From positions 13,792,001 to 13,856,000 of the forward strand of contig CP068257.2 of the NCBI GenBank assembly GCA_009914755.4: a stretch of DNA of 64,000 nt, written 5' to 3'. Positions within the stretch are counted from its first letter, which is position 1. Each line of letters opens with the position of its first letter. This document shows, piece after piece, positions 54,457 through 64,000 of the stretch. The translations under genes and the position numbers were made by a program. The DNA comes from the human T2T-CHM13v2.0 reference genome, Homo sapiens. The notes below the pieces were generated by a model that saw only the letters and a program-made list of their open reading frames with translations, searched no databases and was not told the DNA's origin.

Positions 54457-54482
54457 CGGGGATGGGGTGGGGGGCGGGGAGG
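54457..54482 (+). other. G-quadruplex-forming motif (four G-runs of at least 4)
   Basis: Read directly: 'ggggatggggtggggggcggggagg'. Confidence 0.6.
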
Positions 54483-54841
54483 AATCCAATATGAATATAT
54501 AATCTCATATTGAGTATAAAAATCCAATATGAGTATGTTTTCCAGACTGCTGCTAAGGAGAATGGTGAATTATTCTACTGCGACCTTTTGAGGGTCCACA
54601 CAATGCCTCCCAAAACTATCTACCAGAGGGTGGATAGGAAGCATTGATCCATGGCTTATATTCCCCATTGGTCAAACATTGTTCTGCTGAAGCTCACTCT
54701 GGCCACAGTCTTTGGCATCAAAAGAGAACTAGGGCAGAAGTCAAAGACATGGCTGTCAGAAAACTGGAGAGTGCACTGGAACTGTCTACTCCAGGTGTGG
54801 CTGGAGCCAGAGAAGTGACCTCAGCCATGTCTGCTGCAACT

Positions 54842-55012
54842 ATATTACCTATGCCAGTTGTTTACAAACGCAGAAGAATATCAGAATCATCTGGAGAACT
54901 ATTAAAGAACACAGATGCCCTGAATTGTAGAAGAGGGATAGGATATGGGCCTTTGTATTCTTACCAAGCTCCCTGGGTGATTCTGATACTTATACTAGTG
55001 TTTGAGTACCAC
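54842..55012. mobile_element. MER5-like hAT-Charlie MITE (palindromic nonautonomous DNA transposon)
   Basis: 'cagttgtttacaaacgcagaagaatatcagaatcatctggagaactattaaagaacacagatgccctg...caagctccctgggtgattctgatacttatactagtgtttgagtaccactaattg' resembles the MER5A consensus as I recall it ('CAGTGGTTCTCAAA...CATCAGCATCACCTGGGAACTTGTTAGAAATGCA...CAAGCCCTCCAGGTGATTCTGATGCACGCTAAAGTTTGAGAACCACTG'). The terminal inverted repeats read 'cagttgtttacaaac' and 'gtttgagtaccactaattg'. Confidence 0.45.
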
Positions 55013-55865
55013 TAATTGATACTCCATGCAGACCCTAGAAGGACAAGGCAGGCTCAACAGGAAGTAATTTGACATGAATTTTGTTGCTGTTAACCTGAAC
55101 TCATGGTAGGTCTAGAGTGGGATACAGGCTGCCCCATGCCAATTCTGCCATGGACTTTACCATCCCCAGTTGTGTTGGTTCGGTCCACGTAATTGTTGTT
55201 GCTGCCTGCTCAGCTAGCACCTTGACACCCTACCTTGCTCTTGCCAACTCACTCCCTCAAAGAAAAGGAAAAGAACACTTAATCTGTTAAAGATATTTAA
55301 TGAACACCTGCTATAAACTAGCCAATTTGATACACGTTTTACAAACATGATTTCATTTGATGCTCACGACAAATCTGTGAAGTAGGCAGTGTTATTCAGA
55401 TTTTTCAGATGAGAGATCTGAATCTCAGAGAGACCTGAAGCCCTGTATCTCTTGCGGCCTGGATTAGAAAACAGATGTTTTGGCCTACATAACTGCAAAG
55501 TCTTCTCCATTCTTGTCTTTAGAGACAAGGTGTAACCACCACCTGCATTAGCTTTACCAGAGCATTTCTCTGTTCTCCTAAACTTTGAAAAGGCAGATAC
55601 CTACCTAGCGAACATCTTATTTTGTAGCTGTCAAACCAGTCTCCAAGTATTAAAACAGTATCTGATCACACTTTGGCTGAATAGGTTTATTTAATGGGAA
55701 ATTTAATGGGAAAGGCATTTATTGAGCACTTACTAGATGCCAAGCCCAGTGTTAAGTGCTTTGTATACAACATCTCTTTCCTTTACTGTTCATAGAAACA
55801 GGGCATCATCAGCTTCTTCTTGACCTCACAGAAGAATATATTTATCTGCCTGTAACAAATATGCA

Positions 55866-56200
<335 letters not shown>

Positions 56201-57479
56201 TTAGCAGCTTGGTTACTCAGAAAATAGATCCTCACAGATCATGAAGGTGATAAGATGCGGCAAATTTTATTCAGATATCTTGCTGGTTTTATTAGATCTG
56301 CTTAAATATTTTTGGAGCCTGGAATAAGACAGCGGTTATTTTTGAAGTTTGAAAATTATGACTGAACTTCACTTGTTTATTATTCATAGATTTTTGAGAG
56401 AATTTTTAATTATAAGTATAAATGTGTTTTAAAATGTTAAGAAGGATTTCAAATATATCTAAATGTTTAATGGCAGTTTAGCCCCTATCTTCTAATGTTT
56501 ATTTTCATTCCATATATTCTATCAATAATTGATTCTTTCTCATTTTCCATTAGCTTTTATTAGCAAAGAGCAACCTTATAAGCACAATATAGCACATCTA
56601 CATTTAGTGCTTCTTGTCCCCAAAATGGCAATTCCATTCGCCTCAGCACTCATATGTCCATACTAAGTTGCTAATCTTTTTCAAAGCTGCTCCAGACAGC
56701 TTCAAGGCAAATATACTTAGTGTATTACTTTGTATTCTTTGAACAGACAGCAACATAGTTTTTGACAGCTTATTTTCAACAGATAAGCATGAAGACATTG
56801 TAAAACAGTCTAAAGGCATTTAGACTGGTGTTAATGATTTGTTTTGATTCTTTATTGTCTACAGTGTCTGATGTTTCTGCACCAGCTTCTGCTGCTAAAG
56901 ATAAGATGACATTTGATAGTTCGGTTCATCCTATGAAAAGTTTAATTTAATTACAAAAGGGTCTGATTTGCTAGATTAAAAGGTCAAGTATTATAAAATT
57001 CATTTTTGGTGCAGAGATTTGAGAAAGCTGCACAGTGCAAAGTTCAAACAGTCAGAGAAGAGTAAGACACTTTAGAAAATGAGGAAAAATTAAAACTATT
57101 GGCTAATTTCATTGGAGAAGGAGAGACTAGAGACACATTCTTGTATATACAGCAGTTGAACATACCACTTAAAATAATTTGTTGTCAGTATTTTTTTTTT
57201 TAGCCTTTTGAAAGTTTTGCATCAGGGTGATTTGCCAAAAAAGGGGTGGGGGCAAAATTTAGGGAACTACGCTAAAATTGTCTTTGTTTGAAAATAGCAC
57301 GAGACTCTACAGAAGTATTAAGATAAGAATGCTCCTAGACAGCACAGGCAAGGACTTCACCGCCTCTTCCCCTGCTCACCATTTTACCTCAACCACACAA
57401 GCTCTGCTGACTTTTATTGGGGATTAAATGTCTCCAGACTTAAAAAAGAAAAAAAAATGCAATGAAATCCAGATAGCTG

Positions 57480-58500
57480 TGCTTGCTCTCAGCCCACTGA
57501 AGATGAGAGACAATATAAGCGAACGTTTTAGGGCGACTTCATTTAAGAACATGAAGTGCCTGAGTAATAAGACGGACTGTGCCCATGGTACCAGGGTCAA
57601 CTTGACCAGCTGACTAAAACAGCCTGCAACAGCTAAGTGACTACCTTAAGCCAAAGAATAAAGCTTTACAGAGGTACAGCTGGTTAGAAGTGAGTGTTAA
57701 TAACTGAGTGCATAAAAGAGAGAGGGAAACAGCACAAGTGAGGGAAGCTGATGGACTCACAATTTGACTTCATCCCATAGATCAAACGTTGATCAAACGA
57801 TAAAAGTGGATCAAAAATGACTCAACGATTCCTGGCTAGAGCTGATGAAAAAGGGGCTGCTTCATTGGACAATATGGCATGAGGAATGTGAGGAGCAGCT
57901 GGTATTTCAGTTCCATTAAAAACCCCTCCAGCTTACCGTGGGTATTCAACTTGTGCCGGCGTCGATACTTCCACAGGGGAGTTTTCTCCAGGTGGTGCGA
58001 CAGCACAGGCAGGTTGCGCCGGTGGAACTTGATATTCCCTCACTCATGCCACCCCTACTTTTAAAAGAATCTAATTACAAAATGACTGGAGGAAGGGAAT
58101 GTGTAAATGTCATATACCCGGACCTTCCGTAATACCAATGCCTTGTGAAATCCAAACTGAAAAAGTCGTACAAATGGATTTGGACAGAAATGCTGTTGCA
58201 TGGATTGAAAACAGGCTCAAAGACTGTAAACAAGGATAATGACAAATGCCAGTGCAATCAAGGGCCAGTGGATGAGTTTTCCACCAGAAGACAGTGTCCA
58301 GAGATGCCCCATGAGTCAGGATTCGAGTTCATTTTTGGTCACTAGGTGTATTACCTACAAAGGAGTGAAGAGTATATGGACAAAATCACAGCCGACTCTC
58401 AGTGTGAAGGAGGGTAAAATTAATAAAAGGAAAATTACATTGAGTCAAAAGAATGCTAGAAATATAGAAGTGGAAAATCGCCTAAATAGTTACTGATATG
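57480..58500. other. CpG-dense roughly 1-kb patch (peak 57937-58168); nature unknown (candidate unmethylated regulatory element or constrained sequence)
   Basis: I counted about 21 CpGs in about 1 kb, including 11 in the 230 bp between 57937 and 58168 ('ccgtgggt...gccggcgtcgatac...gtgcgacagc...gttgcgccggtgg...acccggaccttccgtaat...agtcgtac'). The surrounding sequence has about 0.3 per 100 bp. The segment does not resemble any repeat I recognise. Confidence 0.5.
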
Positions 58501-61500
58501 AAAATAACTTGAGAGAGATTCTTCCCAAATTTCAAAGATTTGGAACACACCTGTAGATCAATGTAAACAATCCAGTTTGCCTGCCATTTTATCATCTTTC
58601 AAGTTTTTGATTTATGCTCCAATATTTATTTGAACAAAATAATGATATAACTTATGGCAGTGAATATTCTTAAATTTGAAAATCTCTATAAAAATGATAT
58701 TTATTCATCCCCAACCCTCCCACTTTTGGGACCCAGATTTTTGGATGCAGGTTAATTTGCATGCTGATTTGCCAGCTGAAAATCTCAAAGAGAAAAACTT
58801 GGAAGCACTTGTAGTCAGTCAACTAAAGTAAAATGTAAGCAGAAAAGCTATAATGAAAATACAATTCATAATATTTGCACATGGAACTTATAATGACTGG
58901 TTAACTTTTAATGTGAAGAATAAAAATTTCCTGTCATGATGAAATGAATCAATTAATTACTTATTAATTGTACTTCTATTATGTGGTGAGCACTTTACTA
59001 AAAAGTCGTTTTTTTGTTGTTTTTTTTTTTTTGAGAAAGGGGTTGTACCAAAGTAAAATTAGAAAAATAAAAACAAGGAAAGCACATTTCTTTGTCTCAA
59101 TAAATCATGCTCACAAGTAGATTCTTAGAATTTCAGAGCTAAAAAGGACCTAAAGCTTCATTGATTCTGACCTTTTTTATTTTGGATGAGAACTGGACTC
59201 CACAGGGAAGTGAGGATCCCTGGCTCGCGATGATGTGGCCTGCCAGAGTCCTTATGGGAATGTCTCTCTAGATGCCTCCTCATAGCTGTGTATCCATGAG
59301 ACTCAGTGGAACTTTCACTTCCCATTGGCTTCCATCGGGCCTGTGATCCCACTTCACCTCTGTCCTTCCAGTCATGCTGGGCCTAGCCCAACAGAGCCAC
59401 AGACTACTTTGCCCAGGCATTTATTCTGGAAGCCTGACCAAGCCTGCTGACTGGGCTGGGCTGTAGACTGTAGCGTTCATCAGTGATTTTCTTTGGCCAG
59501 AGTGAGCACCACTCTAAGCAGAGTCTTTCAGAACTTTGGAGCCACTTAATCCTACAGAACTTTTCATTCCTGCCATCATTGGCCTCCACCCAAAATGCAC
59601 ACTGCCATCGTCATCTGGTCTCTTACATCCTCATCCTCATGCTACTCAGTTTCCTCTCCTATGACTCATCCTTCCATTCCTACTCAATTTCCCGGCCAAC
59701 CTCCTGGCTTTTGCTCTCATTGTTCCATCTGCCTGCCCTGACTACATGCTCCACCTGGTGAAAACCCACTGTCCTTTCAAGACTCATCACAATCACCTCT
59801 GCAAAGAAGAACCATCACCTGCCTCCCCCTAGCTGCAGCACCTCATAGAACTGACAATCCCCTCTATTTTTGCATTCCATATAGGGTGTAAAAATGGAGA
59901 CGATTGCCAATTTGTGAGAGGTAGCAGCTATGATATAAATGGTTAAAGAATTTCTTTGCATGTCTGCTGCCACTAGAATCAAATCCCTCTAAGGGCCTAG
60001 ATAGTTCTGTAACCACAGCTGTATCCTCAGTGCCTAGAACAGTATCTTCCAGCACACAGTATGTTCTTACTAAATGTTTCTTAATGAGATAAGCATCTCT
60101 ATTGGACCATTAGCTCCTTGGAGGCAAGAATAATGTCTTCTTTCCCCATTACCCCATAGCTCCGGGCACAGAGTTGGTTATCATATATGGCTGGATAATT
60201 ACATTAAATTCTTTCCATAGCGACTCTCTGGAAACCTTATTTCCCTGTAAATAAATTCCTCTGTTCATTCAAGCACTTCACCCAGCTCTCCCTCTATATA
60301 GTCACCTCTTTAACGTGATTCCTCCTTAAGAGATGAGACTTCCTATTTTGTCCTCATCAAACAAGGTTGCTCATTCTCACAACTCCTTTTATCTGCAACC
60401 TAAGGTCAGCCTATTAGTACTTCTAGATCCCCATTTCAGCTCAATTTCTTTCCTTCATAGACAAGATTATGGAAAGAGCAGTCTACATTCCAGTCCTTAT
60501 CAGCCATCAGCTTTCAGTCCCTATTTCTATTGAAATAACTCTTAATAGGGTCAAATGTAATGGACTATTCTTGGAAATATTTCTGGCTACTTCCAGGCTC
60601 AGTTCACGTGTTTCTCAACTTCTCTGTAATATTAGGCATTGCTGCACGAAGTATCTTCCTCTTCCACTTCCTTACTTTCTTCCCACTTCTCTGTTCTAAT
60701 TTTTTCAGACTTTTGGAAGTGCCTTGCCTTCTATTTTATTCTTTACCTGGCATTCTGTCCTGACACCTCTAAACCTTATTCTCTGGTTCAACTAACACCT
60801 TTACAATGATGAACATTAAGTTCATTCCTCTTCTAAGGTCTAGTTTTATTTATCCCTCTGTCTCTGGAAAGCTCCACTTGGATAATCTAAAACACTTCAA
60901 AATCAGTTTTTATAAGGTAGGATGCATTATGTATTTCCCCTAACTCTTCTCTTCCTGTAGTAGTGTCTTACTTAATCAGTAGTACCCCCAATTATCCTCT
61001 TTTCTGAGCCACAAACCTGGCAGATATTTCTAGACAACCTTCATTTTTTTCCTCTATATCCAATTTCTGCCACTCCACATCTAAGGCCCAATGTCTGCCA
61101 TTCTGCTTCCAATATTACTTTCACATCCATGCCTTCTTCTTCATCCTTATGACTACTACGTGAAAATTGGCTCTAATCACCTTTTTCCTGTTTAACAAAG
61201 ATAAAAATGACTTCTGCATGAGTATTTGTTATGTGTCCTTCTCCCCTTTGCAGGATTCACTTAAGAACCATCTGCTGTGCCCATAGTGATAATGGTTTAA
61301 AAGAATTGAAAATCAGAAATAACTAGAAATAGGGCCAAGAAAGAGAAAAAAGGTAGTGGGGAGAAGGAACACATCCAGGAAACAAGGAGATGAGTTTTTT
61401 AAAAAAAGTTTACACCTGAACTGAGGGTGGAAAAAAGTTTTCAGTGTAGTGCTAGGGTTTGATAGAAATAGAAAGGTGAGTGAAGAACGATGATCTAATA

Positions 61501-62000
61501 CTATTCCTGAAATTCTAATAAAGGCTTATGTTGCATTTAAACATTTTCAGGGGCAAAAGTTGTGTTTATTTGATTATGGCATCACAAAGAGACCGGTCCA
61601 CATGAAGACCAAGGTTTACACGATCCACAGTTGAATATTGCAGTAGCCTTCTCTCTAATGTCCTCGATACTCCCTTCAAACTTCCACTTGGATATCAGAG
61701 TGACATTTTAAAGATGCAGACCTGATCATGACAATGCCTTGTTTAAAATTTTAAGCAATTTATCCAAACTGTTACAAAAAGTTCAAGCTCCTGATTTAGG
61801 TATAATTGCTGTTTATAATATGACTCTTGCCCAAACATGTCACCAAATCTTCAGACACTCCCCAGAACTAAAACCATTCTGAATAGTTAGCAGTCAGTCC
61901 TCTGAAGACACACCACTTTACATATGATTTTTTCCTCTATTTTAAATATTCTCCTTTCCTTCTTCACATCAACCAATTTCTATTTGTATTCAAATCCCAT

Positions 62001-62146
62001 ACAAATGACTACTCTTAGAAGCCCAATGCACTGTCCATTCCACAAATGACTACTCTTAAAAAGCCTTCTTTGACACCTGAGTCTGAGTCAGATACAAATG
62101 ACTACTCTTAAAAATCCTTCTTTGACACCTGAGTCTGAGTCAGATG
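62001..62146. repeat. 52-bp minisatellite, 2 near-perfect copies plus 1 diverged partial copy
   Basis: 'acaaatgactactcttaaaaagccttctttgacacctgagtctgagtcagat' occurs at 62043-62094 and at 62095-62146 with 1 mismatch. A diverged partial copy lies at 62001-62041. Confidence 0.85.
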
Positions 62147-64000
62147 ATTAGCCCCATTCTCACAGTAAACAGGTCCCATAAACTTCATGACCCTCCTTTC
62201 CTTCCTCCTCCTTGAGACAGCCAACTTTACCAGTTTAATTTTTGCCTGTAATAATTTTTTTCAGAGTATTTATAAACACTGTGTGCAATGTGTACATTTT
62301 ACAAAACTGGATGACATATATTATAAAGCTGATCAGCAAGAATATAGATAGGACAGTAGCCTGAATTCTTTCAAACGAAAAGATGAATAAAGACCTGCCA
62401 TAACAAATAGTAAGAATATACTACCTCTTAAGGTGAACTGAGTGTTAGAGGCATATGAAGTTTTATACAGTCAAGTAGGTTTATGTAGACTCCATGAATG
62501 ACAAAGGGAATTAGAGATGCTCTGAAGACAGTATTTAAAAATCAGTGAATAAGGATGAAGTCTTCAGCAAAGGGGTCAGAAAAGCCACATACATACTTGG
62601 TAAAAGAAGACTCAGCTTCCTATCTCAAAACAAAAATATAATAAATCTCATATGGATTAAATGCTAGAATGTAAATATAAAACCATAAAAGTACTTGAAT
62701 AAAATATAGAAAATTATTTTTATATTTGCATAAAGAAACCCCTTCTTAGTGCAACTTGAAGATCAAATGCCTTAAAGAAGAAGACTAGTTTGAGTAGCTA
62801 AAAAAAAGTACAATTTTATGCTTTAAAACTATATTTTTTCATGATAGTTGTTTCCTTTAAATGTTATAAAACATGACTTTTCTGCTTTGTCTCTGACCAC
62901 GTCTTCACAAAAATGACAGAAGAGCTATTGCTTCAGTCACTTAGAAGAAATATTTATAGATGATCAATATTGGCCTCTGAATGTAAACTGCAATATCTAC
63001 CTGACTAACCAAAGAAATTGATATCTACCTTGTTTATGGAATTTTTCTATCCTGGAAATTCTGTGATTCCTGGCACATATTGTTCTATTGTTTTATCACA
63101 CTCTTCATGTTTATCAGGTTTTTTCATATTTGTGTATCCATGGATATACAAATCAATGATTTTCTTTCTTCCTATGAAATACAGCTGTGGAATTTAAGAA
63201 TTTAGCAGCCGTAATTTTCTATTCACCTTCTCTCCTTAAGACTAAGTAATTATAGTTCCTACTATTTTTTGCAGATGACTCTTTAAATATTTCAAAATGC
63301 TGTCTAAATTCTTTATCAGTCACTGTCTCTCATTTGATTAGGGAGCAGAAGATAAAGGGTAGCCTGAGACGGAAATCTAAGAATCAGAAGTTGGAAACTG
63401 TTACCCATGTTTAAGGCTTGACAATCAAGACCAAGAGGCAGAACTGGGGCATGCAGCAGCTGAGGACAAAGTAGTTCCCAGAGCTGTAGAATGCATTGAG
63501 GCCAAATCAGTGGACACGTGCAACCAGCCACAATCTAAAGTGAGAAGATCGATAGAGGAGAGAGGTAAGGCAAGGTCATGATGGAAAACTTAAACACTTC
63601 TGTTAAAAGTAAGCATCTCAAGGGAGACTCGTGTGCTTCAGGCGCTTAGTGAGAGGACTTGGAAGAAAATTGAGGGATTATAGGAAGCCATGAGTGTGGC
63701 CAGCCTGAGAGACTCATGTGAGCCAGTAGTTAATTCTATCTTTTCCTAATCAATTCCAGCTATCTCTCCAGACTCAGAAACTCAGAAATGTCTCCAAGTT
63801 CTCCTTCCCTCTTAAATGAAAGAAGTGAACATGGAGATTAACTTCTGTGTGATGAAACATAAGGAACTGCACCAATGTTTTATTTTTCTAGGACAGGAGT
63901 CAGCAATTTTTTTTCTGTAATGGGCCAGATAGTACATATTTTTGTTTTGTAGGCCATCCAATCTCTGCACAGCTATTCAACTCTGTTTTTGTAGCACAAA

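Noticed and set aside
54644-55015. The 123-aa ORF
   Set aside because: Its 3' third is the MER5-like MITE. The rest has no protein-like features and no splice signals that I can support.
57880-58200. The CpG-dense patch as a nuclear mitochondrial insertion (numt) or bacterial or vector contamination
   Set aside because: It does not resemble any human mtDNA rRNA, tRNA or D-loop segments I can recall, and the flanks are continuous human-type sequence. I cannot fully exclude a foreign origin without BLAST, so I keep it as a finding with a stated check.

Overview
This 64-kb window is primate (human-type) nuclear genomic DNA, not a prokaryotic locus. It is AT-rich and globally CpG-depleted, at roughly 0.3 CpG per 100 bp by eye. 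About half of it is recognisable interspersed repeats. I found six Alu elements (AluJ, AluS and AluY types), several with clear target-site duplications (TSDs). A full-length antisense L1 (13296-20276) of older L1PA/L1PB type sits nested inside an older antisense L1 3' fragment, which is also interrupted by a THE1 LTR. A 5'-truncated sense L1 (25975-28435) is followed by a THE1 LTR nested inside an MST-like LTR. There is also an L1M 3' end at 39990-40925. Other repeats are further MaLR LTRs of THE1, MST or MLT1 type, two hAT MITEs (MER20 and a MER5-like element), several MIR 3' tails, CA/GA/TA microsatellites and three small tandem duplications. I see no intact protein-coding gene, rRNA, tRNA, CRISPR array or operon-like structure. 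The ORFs in the six-frame track are L1 ORF2 remnants, Alu-derived or chance ORFs in low-complexity sequence. I found no evidence of a novel biological system here. The items that deserve a second look are modest. First, a roughly 1-kb CpG-dense patch (57480-58500, peak 57937-58168) in CpG-poor surroundings. Second, two or three exon-like segments that end at consensus GTAAGT/GTAAGC splice donors (7785-8075 on the plus strand; 57937-58034 on the minus strand). Third, the nested transposable-element chronology at 12-21 kb. Fourth, a young AluY with a perfect 19-bp TSD. The rest are motifs prone to non-B DNA: a 160-bp alternating purine-pyrimidine tract, a G4 motif, and an AT-rich 21-bp perfect inverted repeat. 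All family names come from my memory of repeat consensus sequences, not from a database search. Coordinates are accurate to about ±10 bp.
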